NCBI GenBank assembly: GCA_024626585.2
Contig: JANKJI020000002.1
Span: forward strand, 19,428,530 to 19,454,288
Source of the DNA: Ginkgo biloba
Lineage: Eukaryota > Plantae > Ginkgophyta
Length of the DNA: 25,759 nt
Direction of reading: 5' to 3'
This document shows positions 1 through 10,674 of this stretch, piece after piece. The notes under the pieces are model-generated. The model was not told where the DNA came from. It made no database searches and saw only the letters and a program-made list of their open reading frames with translations. The first letter of the stretch is position 1. Each line of letters opens with the position of its first letter. Both the position numbers and the translations under genes were made by a program.

Positions 1-3000
1 AACTTCTTAATGGACTCTAATAGTTTAATGGTCTTATCAAAGGCATCCATCCTAATCCAATAATCTCCATCATCTATCTATATTTATCTCTAGAGTAATT
101 TAATAAGATGTTGGATCCCCTTACTTATATTGTACTTAAATGCTTCATGTCATTTTAGTAAAGAGAAAAATAATATTTTGTTCCTCTAGTATTAAGTATG
201 GTAGCTTTCCTATGGGCATTTTGAATCTCATGTCTTATTCTAGAATATATTTATATATTTTCTATTGGAGGTTATTTAATTAATTTAAATACATGTGTGA
301 ATAATTTGGATATGAATATGCCTCCTCTATAAGATGTTTCCACAACATTTTGATTCCGCCAGTGTGGGGCATGTTTCATTTTTTAATACCAATCTTAAGC
401 TAGCCTACATTGTGTTATAAAATACCCTTTCCATTTGAGAACTTCTTAAAATACATTTAATGCATTCTAAATTAATTTGCAATATTATAGGTGTCACTCC
501 CTATATATATAAGCATTCATCATGGATAGCATGAGGGATGTTTCAAGTATGGGTGCATTCATATTTAACTCATACTAAAAAATGTCATCACTCCACTAAA
601 TGGTATTATTCTATATAGCAACTAATATCAAGCATGTTTAGCCCATATCTCATTCATTATACACTTATCTAATAAATATAGTAGAATATATTAATCTCTA
701 GGCTCACATCTGCTTCTCCCCATATATTCTTGGTATGTAACAAGTTTAGAACTTATATATATGGAAGATAATATATAAATCTAAACATATGAGGATAGAA
801 CATGTACTGTAATCAAAGACAAATTGATAGATGGAATGGATATGATGTTCACATCAAGGTTCTTAGAAACTAATGATGCATCATTATGAGTTATAATGAT
901 CTCATCCCACATTCATATATTATTCTTAATAGTATTTGCTAAAGTATACTAAATATTATCCACATTAAAATATTATTATAGATCTAGTATATCATTAATA
1001 TATTATAGTATATTAGATCATGTTCTAACTCTTATCTAGTCTTATAAATAATGTCAACACTTTGACCTTATTAATAAGGGGTAATATCCTTACTTAAAAT
1101 TGATAGATCTATACTCAATCTTACTATAAGAACTTATTGTTATCTTCTTTCATATTTCCACACCTTTGATTTGTAGATAATATTATTCTTGGTAAGAAAT
1201 CTTAGAATGAAAACATTCATCTAGTCATTAGAGAGTCGTCTTCTTTCTTTTAGTTTTTCTTAGGAGTTGTGTGGAGTCTTCCCATCTTAATCTTTAACCA
1301 TCTATTATAGATCTGGGTCTCCTAAACTCTTGGTTAGATGAATCATTCCCAACCATTAGTATAGGTGTTTCTTCATATTACAACCTTAAATTAACTAGAT
1401 CAAATTATGCATGACTAAATAACCTATACTTCTTATCCTGTCATCCTAGATCTAATTTTCCTTAATAGTATGACTAATAAAAAAATTTAATTTACCAAAA
1501 AATTATTCAACTTTAGAAAAGATGACTTAATATTGTAACTTATACTCCAATATTATATCAAAGTGGACTCAAAATAGACTATTTTTCAATGGAACTATTT
1601 TTTTATTTTAGTTTTTATCAAACTTTCATGACTCNNNNNNNNNNNNNNNNNNNNNNNNNNNNNNNNNNNNNNNNNNNNNNNNNNNNNNNNNNNNNNNNNN
1701 NNNNNNNNNNNNNNNNNNNNNNNNNNNNNNNNNNTATTCTTAGAGGTAGTTCTAATTCTATTTAACTATATTATAGTGTTTGGAATAAACCTAATGATTG
1801 TTATTCAAGACCAAAATTAATACTTATATTCTATATATTATTGCACTATTTTTTCCATCTTACCTCCTGTTGTAAATTGTCTCTTTTTGTAATTATAAAT
1901 AGTTGGCCTCTCTGCTATGTTATAGAAAATTAGCCTTGTCTCTTTAGATTCACCCAGGATGTGCATATTACTATGAAATCCTTCTTTAATCTTCCCTCCA
2001 TGTAATTTATTTTGATCTAAACTACAAGTGCTACCACCCTATTTTCCTTCATTTCTCTCAATAACCTTCTATAATCCATCTCAGTTATAAGGCTTGTGTA
2101 CTCCATTGTTCATATCTATGAGTCGATTACATCAACTTCTATAGTCCATCTGAGTTATATTTTAGATCCATGGGACACATGATCCTAAATACCATTTAAG
2201 ATAAAATGGAATGAATTTTATACCAACCCCGATGAGGCACATTCAATTAAAGAACTTGTAAATGCCTCATGTTTCACCATTTACTATACATTGAGCTTAT
2301 CATATCACTGCAGACAGTCATTGAAGGCCATCACAGCTATTTTTTTTTAAATTGATAATGTTCCTAAAGCCAAGCTATTTATAAATCTTAAGTCCTTATA
2401 TCATGGATGGAAATTGGTCCTATGCATTTTTCACTTGACCTTGGGTTTTCTTCAAAAAGGGTATAAGAAGATTTTACATTCCATTCTATACTTACATACT
2501 CTTTCTTATTTGTGCATTCTATTTTTTTTCTTGCTATTACCCATTATCACTTGCTTGTGATTTTATCTCACTATTTTACTAGCTATATTTCCCATTACCC
2601 CTTTCTTATTACTAAGGTCACCTTATGTTTGAGGGCAATGAGATGGGTAGAGGCCAAGTGAGAATAGATATAAATGGCCCTCAACTATAGCTATGTATTT
2701 GGGTTCTTTTATTTATAACATGAGTTAGTCATTTTTTTTTCTAGATTTTAAATTTGATATTTCATTCNNNNNNNNNNNNNNNNNNNNNNNNNNNNNNNNN
2801 NNNNNNNNNNNNNNNNNNNNNNNNNNNNNNNNNNNNNNNNNNNNNNNNNNNNNNNNNNNNNNNNNNNCTAGTACTAAGGATAGAGAAGAGATGGAAAGAT
2901 CATGATCACTCCCTTGGTTATACAAAATCACTTCCACAATATGCATGAGGGTCATGGCCTTATAAACTCCTACTAAGTGGGTTACATCACATACAACTTG

Positions 3001-6000
3001 TATATTATTTATAATTAAATGCCTCTATTATACACTCTTGATTATTTCTCTCACTACCATCCTATTATCCCAATGTATCACTATTCTAAATCCATCTTCT
3101 ATCCTAATTTTAGCTTCTAATCTTATTAGTGTACCTATCTCTCCTTCACTACCTATTCAACCTTCTTCCTCTAACCTAGTTGATAAGCTACTAACTACAC
3201 CTACCACTACTCCATCCTCTCTTTATTTGGACATTGATCCCGATGCACCAATTATTAAATATATAGATGATGATGAATATGATTATACTTATGTCTCATC
3301 ATTCGCCACTTTCCCAACATCAAAACATACTCCACAACATTCATAGGACTCAAGATAAACTATAACATCTACTTATCTAAGTTAAGATCTAAAAGGAACT
3401 TCTCCTATAGTATTGGGTCTTAGTATTACTATAGTTGATAATCCAATGATTAGGGATCTTGAGAAAGGCACACTACCTTTTAGTAATACAACAACTCTAG
3501 CTAAATATTTGGCCTCAACAAGTAAGAGGAGCATACCAATGGGTGAGCCTCAATCAGGAAGAAGAAAAATATGAACTGCTAGTCTTATTTCTCTTTTTTC
3601 CTCATTCTTTAATGTTGTAACCTCTTTACAAGGGATTGGAGGAATCAAGATGGACATAAAGATAAAGATCAAGATATATGATAGAACTATTAATGTAGAG
3701 AAACTATATGATTCATTCTAAGATTTAGAGGCCTTATATGATACTCAAGGATTCAGTGATATCTAGAAGATCAACTTTACTAGACTAAGAATGGTAAAGT
3801 ATGTATCATCTTAGTGGGAATATTAAATTAATCGACCAGTTAGCCCAAAGGTCACAACATTGGTTGTATTTTAGGACTTTATTGGGAAGTAAGTTCTACC
3901 CCTTATGGTTAGAGATGAAGGTGGATTTTAGGTTATGAGGAGATGCAGGCAACCCAAGGGATGTCAAGGGGATCGCAAGCTAGTCGAGTATCCTTAGGAG
4001 GATGTATTATATTTGGGTGATGAGTAGTAAGGAAGGACCATCAAGTCACAGAATTAGTTATTGAGGAAGGTCCAAAGGGGATGTATAGTGGTTGGGTACC
4101 CTTTAAGGGGGGAGGAGGCCCTATGGGCATACCATCCCCATCACTCTAACCAGGGTAGTCAAATAAATCAAGACCAATCCCACATTGGGTTAGGAAGGGA
4201 TAATTCTAAGGAGGTGCATGGTTGTGTCTGGGATGGTGAGACACTTTCCCAAAAACTNNNNNNNNNNNNNNNNNNNNNNNNNNNNNNNNNNNNNNNNNNN
4301 NNNNNNNNNNNNNNNNNNNNNNNNNNNNNNNNNNNNNNNNNNNNNNNNNNNNNNNNNGAAAGAATCCATGATTGCTAGTCACATCAAGTTGCCATAAGTG
4401 AGAGAAAAGTAAATATAGAAGAAAAACTCTTACAATAAAATATGAATAATGATGTGTCATTGGATGCACACAAACACACTAAGTAGGAGATCATATGCTT
4501 ACGACCCTTTATACGTCACGTTGCCTTGATTCATAAAAGGGGTTATGACCAAAAGAGCAAATGATGCACACACTCTTTCCTAATTTATCATTGCCTAGAA
4601 TATGAGTTTTTACTATATTTAGCTTTTCTCATAGATAAGAAACATGCCCATGTACACAAGAGGACTCCTTCCATTGATAACAACTCCTACTTATGGAAGC
4701 ATATATAGCATAGATAGCATTGGATAGAGATATTTTGTTGTAGACCTAGTAAGGCCATGAAAGAGGAATATACATGCATACACATATGCTAATTCATATT
4801 CACAAACTTGTGCACAAAATAACTTGTAAACGACCATTCTTGAATTTTATAACAGATACAAATCTATTTTACTTCTATCCATATCAATCTTTCNNNNNNN
4901 NNNNNNNNNNNNNNNNCTTTGTGTTTAGCCACGTGTCCCACTGAGCATGTGACCATACCTTTCTTTGTATTTGCTGCTACAAGGAACAGTCATAATGCTA
5001 TAGGGAAAACCCATGCTGATAGGGAAAAAAAACACAACTCAAAGGGAAAAGGCATGGTGTAGTCAAGGAAAGGCACGACACCAATAGTGAGATTTTAATC
5101 AGGATATTTTTAGATTTTGAATTATGTACAAGGTATAGTCAATGACTTGTTACAAGCTTCCAAGCACTATGGCAGCCTCTTACATGGATATAACAACTTA
5201 AAAGTGACTCATACGTAACCATCACTACATGCTTCCACATAACACTTTTCACAATACAAGGAGAGGTTTACATCAAATAGTCCCCTCACAAGATTACTAA
5301 ATATAATTCTCTTGTAGGACTACTCATGGTTATAGCTTCTATCTGACTAGATTCCATAGGACCATATGCTAACCTCCTCCTAGTGCTCAATGGCATATCA
5401 ATTTATACTTTTGATGTTTGTTTTGTTAATGCTTGGTATATGTTGAGAGTTGAAACAATATGGATCATTTTAAAATGTAAAGATAATGTTATATTTAATA
5501 ATATTTTCCCTTCGAATTTCCATGCTTATTGTTGTCATGGTCTCTTGTTCAGATTTGATATTTGGATGCAAGTACGTTTAGAAGCCCATGCACTGGAGGT
5601 AGATCTCTTAAGAAACATGCTTTAGAGGATATGTGATATTCATGCTTCTAAGAATGTGAAGGATTATATAGCCAAATAGGATTTCTTGTCCCTATTTGCA
5701 CTAACATGCACTTGGTTGACACCATCCCCATGCACAAAGAGGTAGTCATCAAATGTGACAGGCTTTATGTTGTTCTACAACCTCATAATTACACCTAGTA
5801 ATATCAAGACATCAAGTTGAGCTTCAAACACAGGATCTAATGGATAACATAAAAAGGAACAAAAGATCAAGTTTAATGGAGATGGAGTCTTCCAAGCCTA
5901 GGAAAATCCCTTGGTTAAATCTTAATTAGGTTGTGGAGGAATTAGATGAAGTCATATGGTCGTATTAAATGGTGACTATAGTTATGTATGTTTTATCAAC

Positions 6001-6133
6001 ATTGAATAGTTATTACACAACTTATCTAAGTGGCATATGTAGTTACATATAAGTGATGTTTAGTTGTCACTATTTTGGACTTATTAGGTTGTATAAAGGG
6101 TCCATTTTGTATATATGGACCCTAGTTAAAACT
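1..6133. mobile_element. Nested, heavily decayed transposable-element debris (individual elements unresolved apart from the gag remnant)
   Basis: CG nearly absent, CAG/CTG scarce, TAG/CTA abundant, no intact ORFs. Contains the gag remnant and a Ser/Pro/Thr/Ile-rich decayed frame (3038-3346) just upstream of it. Confidence 0.55.
3635..3905 (+). mobile_element. Degenerate Ty3/gypsy LTR-retrotransposon gag (Retrotrans_gag-type N-terminal region)
   Basis: Manual translation IGGIKMDIKIKIKIYDRTINVEKLYDSF*DLEALYDTQGFSDI*KINFTRLRMVKYVSS*WEY, then (frameshifted) VTT.W..F...K.FYP. This matches the gag pattern I..YDG.I..EKLD.W...LE.YF....F....K+.FARL++...A..WW......W..F...++..FYP. Stops are consistent with C-to-T/G-to-A decay. 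Confidence 0.72.
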
Positions 6134-8697
6134 NNNNNNNNNNGCTTCCTCCTTAACATAATTGTCTCATTTTCCCAAAAAACAAACCTATTTACAATGT
6201 GAAGGTTAAAAATTTACACGACAGACATAACTCTATGATAAAAATAAATGTTTGATATAATTTCACCATATTTATAAAAATAAGTGGCGAATGAAAAGCA
6301 AGAGGATATATCGATCAAACAATCTACGCCATTTTAGTGGCTCTGATATTTTGATAGAAAATGCATTTATTANNNNNNNNNNGAATCATATAATGTATCC
6401 TTGTGCTCCACCATTCACTTGCATCGCATCTCCTTAAATCACATTTATGCCCACAATGAAATTCTCATATTAATTCTATTATCATCATGAATCCTTCATT
6501 CTCTCTTTATGCTCTACCATTCACTTATGTTGCCAAGGCCAGCAGTCTCCACACCAATTCTGCAAGATATTGAAACCACCCACAAATGATAATTAGTGCA
6601 TCGTTAACATAAAAAATGAGGACTTGAGGATAATTAGAAGTGAACCCACATCTCCAACCCTCAANNNNNNNNNNNNNNNNNNNNNNNNNNNNNNNNNNNN
6701 NNNNNNNNNNNNNNNNNNNNNNNNNNNNNNNNNNNNNNNNNNNNNNNNNNNNNNNNNNNNNNNNNNNNNNNNNNNNNNNNNNNNNNNNNNNNNNNNNNNN
6801 NNNNNNNNNNNNNNNNNNNNNNNNNNNNNNNNNNNNNNNNNNNNNNNNNNNNNNNNNNNNNNNNNNNNNNNNNNNNNNNNNNNNNNNNNNNNNNNNNNNN
6901 NNNNNNNNNNNNNNNNNNNNNNNNNNNNNNNNNNNNNNNNNNNNNNNNNNNNNNNNNNNNNNNNNNNNNNNNNNNNNNNNNNNNNNNNNNNNNNNNNNNN
7001 NNNNNNNNNNNNNNNNNNNNNNNNNNNNNNNNNNNNNNNNNNNNNNNNNNNNNNNNNNNNNNNNNNNNNNNNNNNNNNNNNNNNNNNNNNNNNNNNNNNN
7101 NNNNNNNNNNNNNNNNNNNNNTATCTAGTATTGCATTTTAACAGAATTTTAGAGTTGAACTTTCATTTTCAAGAATTAGTGATTCAAGCCATGCTTAAAG
7201 TAGTTTTTTGCTGGTGGGCACTAAAAGATTTAGAAAATTCAAATAATTTATCACTGCAACATCAATTGATAGAATTGTTACTCAAATTATTACCTTCTAA
7301 TCCAGTTTTAGACACAACTAGTTGGTTATGAACAGCCTTTTCAATTTGTTATATAGCATATTTAGACTACAATAGAATATTGAAGAAATAAGAGTATCAT
7401 ATTATTAGGCAAATGTGATGAGTAAGTCAAATCAACGATTTAATTATGGTATGCGTACAAATTTAGATTGTTTTGCGCTGGAAGATTTAAGGGAAAGAAA
7501 TCGGCCGTCGAGCAGCATAAAGTACCTTTACATTAAAAAAAATCAGAATTATATGTCAGTAGTTCGCTATAGTGTAAAGGGAATTAGAGAAAACGTTCAA
7601 GGACTGCAATTCCTAATCGAACTTCTGGGACTGAAAATTCACTATAATATAAAGTCGAGAAGCAAAATAAATATGACAGAGAATACTTCTTTACTCTAAT
7701 GGGAGTGCTTTGTTATCAGGGGATGCCAAATGGAACTATATATTCCCCCTACAGTTTCTGTCTTGAACCAAAAAATTGGGGTGTTATATGAGAAGAATCG
7801 ATGATGTGAGACATTAAATTCTAAAAGCCACAAAATGAATCCATATTTATGCAACTTTCTTTCACCTTTCAATCTCTCAGAACGAGAACATAATATATAA
7901 TATGTTTCAACGCTTTAGGATTCAAACAATTTATTTCAATTTCTCTGTTTTATAATTTGCAAATTGCAAGCATGCACAAAAGAATTGGAAATTTACTAAT
8001 TTCTCAATTTGACCTTTACGCTTGTGAATTTGTAAGTGCAAGGAAATTTTATAAAAGTTTAAGCGAAACTAAGATGATTTGCAAGGTTTCTCATCTTTGA
8101 GCTACAGAACAATTGTTATTAATATTCTCTGTATTGTGTCAAAGGTCTGTGAGTGACTCCATGATATGCAAGTTTATTTATAACATTAATTTTTGATCCA
8201 GAATTAGGGAACCAAATTCGCAGTCGTCATTGTCCTTTGAAAGGCATTTTGTCTGACATTTGAAAGCCTCCAAATATTCTGCTGTTCAAATGAGGCACAC
8301 AAAATTGGTCTGAATCTTTCATTAAGCATTTCACAGAATCCTTCAGAATGAAGAAAGGCACTGCCCTTCAAATTTGATCCCTCCCTCGAATGTAGTGAAG
8401 TACAATGCTTCAGAAAAGAAGTCTGCCGTCCACGAAAAAAATTATAGTAAGTTCGATTAGTTTCAGCAATATTACGAAACAGAAAATTGCTCTCAGAGTG
8501 ACAAAGTACACTGCCTACAAAAGCAAGTCTATAATCTATGAACATTTTTTAACATAAAGTTTGTTTCTGATTAATTTAGGCATTGATTTGAGAGGAAAGT
8601 TTTACTCTCAATCCTTCGAATGATAAGTTCCATTCCGAGGAGCCCTCGGCATTGAAACAGGCAAAACCCTTCAGATGTAATCTGTGGTGGCAGAAAT

Positions 8698-8835
8698 CTA
8701 AGGACGAGCTCTTAAGGCTTTCTCACCTTTTGGCTTCGATACCATTGGCATCCGTGAACTGTTGGCAGAAGTTGTGGGGAAAATTCCATCCGAAGAAGAA
8801 GCAGGAACAACATTTTCTTCAAATTTCAAATATTT
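8698..8835 (-). CDS. Candidate terminal coding segment of the SMI1/KNR4-like gene (KYLKFEENVVPASSSDGIFPTTSANSSRMPMVSKPKGEKALRARP*)
   Basis: 45 open codons ending in TAG at 8700-8698, GC/CpG content like the CDS, with a sharp switch to AT-rich sequence at ~8821-8836. It joins in frame to codon 318 of the upstream ORF through the shared 8-mer AAATATTT (8828-8835 and 9716-9723), giving a 362-aa product. Confidence 0.4.
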   Translation of the reverse strand, partial: KYLKFEENVVPASSSDGIFPTTSANSSRMPMVSKPKGEKALRARP

Positions 8836-9715
8836 ATAAAGTTTAAAATTAATTTATTAAAAGGGATATTTCCCTCTTAGCACCAGGTCACATCTTATTT
8901 TCATATGACTCATACCTCTCTTTAAGTGGCTAACTCACTTTAACTTGCTTATGTCCATCATTTCATGTTAATGCACAACCTCTTTTTTATCCATTTGACT
9001 TATTATTTCGTTTGCCATCTTTATCACTGGGTAGATCCCTTTTTTCTCATTTAAACCATCATACCTTTAATTTTCCTTCATAGTGATCAAGGTTGTTCTT
9101 TGTTCGAGGTTAATTGTATGAGAGTAAGGATCAAGCAAGAGAAAAAATGGGTATGACTTGCCTGCCTTCATGTACCAAGTTCATATTTGTGATATATAAT
9201 TCATTTGTAGTTCTCTTATGTTCTCTTTATGCGATTTTTTTTAATTATGTGATTCGATTTTAATTATTTTATTACTAAACAATCTTAATGCAAAAGCCAT
9301 TTAATGTCTTTATGATCATTGATATTGATTTCTTGTTAGCAAGGGTTGCTATTTACACTTGATGTTGTCATGAAATATAGTCATAATATGTACTATTCAA
9401 TTACTTTAAATGGTTTGATATTCACACATTAATGGTAATTTTTATCAAACACATGTAAATACATATAACTACAACTCCTAAAACTAAATACTAAAACTCA
9501 TAAACACTATGCACAACATATATTTAACAAACAATTAAACTTTCAATCATAAAATGAACAATCACAAAACCATTAAATCACTACTACAGTTTGTAATGAA
9601 ACCAAAATCCCANNNNNNNNNNNNNNNNNNNNNNNNNNNNNNNNNNNNNNNNNNNNNNNNNNNNNNNNNNNNNNNNNNNNNNNNNNNNNNNNNNNNNNNN
9701 NNNNNNNNNNNNTGA
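8836..9715. mobile_element. Putative AT-rich insertion (or intron) interrupting the gene, flanked by an 8-bp direct repeat; partly gap
   Basis: Very AT-rich, CpG-poor block between two coding-like blocks, with AAATATTT at both ends. No terminal inverted repeat can be verified because only 3 nt (9713-9715) are visible at the right end. Confidence 0.33.
9613..9712. other. 100-N placeholder assembly gap at the 3' end of the gene (one of many 10-N/100-N gaps in the window)
   Basis: Exactly 100 N, the same length as several other gaps (e.g. 1635-1734, 2768-2867, 4258-4357), so the true size is unknown. Confidence 0.9.
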
Positions 9716-10674
9716 AAATATTTGTATCTGGATATAATAGCTTGGCCATTCCTCGGCGAATTACCTGCACTTCTTACGAGAGGCTCAGGCCTCTCAATAG
9801 CACTGCGAGACGACTCCCCGCTCACAGACTTCCTGCCCGGAATCTCTTTATTCCTTGTAGAAATTTTGGGCAAAGAACTCTTCCCCCAATTCTCAGGATT
9901 CCGCTTGAATTCCTCCCATTTTTCCTCATGAGGTTCAACGGCGCTGTTATTCTTCTCGGTCCAGTTTTTGACCATTCCAGTCTCTGGATTTCCAAACCTC
10001 CTCTCAAAATCCCCTTCGGCTTCTTTGATCAACTCCCTAACACTTGTTCCCCCATCCGATTCGAACTCCTGATCTGCAGGTGGCTTGAAATTATGCGGGA
10101 TGAAAGCTTCCCGCTCAAAGAAATCAGCGACATCATAGCCACAGTAGAAAATGTCCTTCTGATAAACGAAGAAAATGGGATTTCCAGCAAGATTTGGGGA
10201 GCAAGGAATATAACAATGGCTGTAAATGGGTACCAAAACTGGAGCTTGGCGGAAATAGTTTCTGGCTATCTCGAGAGCTGCTTCTGTGTTGGATGGCTGC
10301 GAACCCCAATCCCTCCACCAGAATCTCCCCTTGGAAATCTCGCAAGACAGACCTGCCATAGGAAGATCCATCATCATTCTCAGCTGTTGCGTCGCCCCCG
10401 ATCTCCAGTTGGGAAACCCAACTCCAACTGGCAGGCCTTCCTGAAGAATGGATCTCAAATCTGGAGGAAATGTGAAGCTAAAAGTCGTCTCAATCCTATC
10501 AAATTCCTCGTCTGTTAGGCCTCTTGCGATTGGAACCTGGCACCTCCTGAGATGATCAATTACATTCTTTGCATAAGCTGCAAAGGAGAAGCACACTCTA
10601 CGGGCATTATTCTTAGCAGGGGGCCTTTTCAACCGAGGCTGAGTATTATTTTCTTTCTTTCCAACATCGCCCAT
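9713..10674 (-). CDS. Plant SMI1/KNR4 (SUKH)-like domain protein, At2g22790/At3g50340/At5g67020-type uncharacterised family; 3' end unresolved (runs into the 100-N gap at 9613-9712)
   Basis: 320 uninterrupted codons from ATG at 10674, with higher GC and CpG than the flanks. Motifs recognised from the family: RVCFSFAAYAKNVIDHL, GLTDEEFDRIETTFSFTFPPDLRSILQEGLPVGVGFPNWRS, FWWRDWGSQP, APVLVPIYSHCYIPCSPNLAGNPIFFV, DIFYCGYDVADFFERE. These are followed by ~125 charged/Ser-rich low-complexity residues. The ORF-track tail beyond the gap (WDFGF...) is not trusted. Family assignment is from memory; no search was run. Confidence 0.88.

Noticed and set aside
300-1100. Possible gypsy protease/RT motifs on the minus strand
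   Set aside because: Manual translation of the examined stretch did not give convincing motifs; left as unclassified decayed repeat.
8204-8545. 113-aa minus-strand ORF
   Set aside because: No recognisable protein features; its position fits 3' UTR or downstream sequence of the gene.
9153-9164. ATGACTTGCCTG, matching the 3' half of miR169
   Set aside because: The 5' half (AGCCAAGG) is missing and no complementary arm was seen; chance match.
9562-9612. ORF-track C-terminus WDFGFITNCSSDLMVL*
   Set aside because: Lies across a 100-N placeholder gap in AT-rich sequence, so the frame is arbitrary.
8836-9715. Helitron interpretation of the insert (small hairpin AGGGATATTTCCCT at ~8862; TC near one end)
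   Set aside because: No terminal CTRR at the junction and no A|T insertion context; Helitrons do not make target-site duplications.
9742-10518. 258-aa plus-strand ORF (and smaller overlapping ORFs 9722-9931, 9822-10007, 10133-10345, 10552-10755)
   Set aside because: Antisense or alternative-frame shadows of the real CDS; no recognisable motifs.
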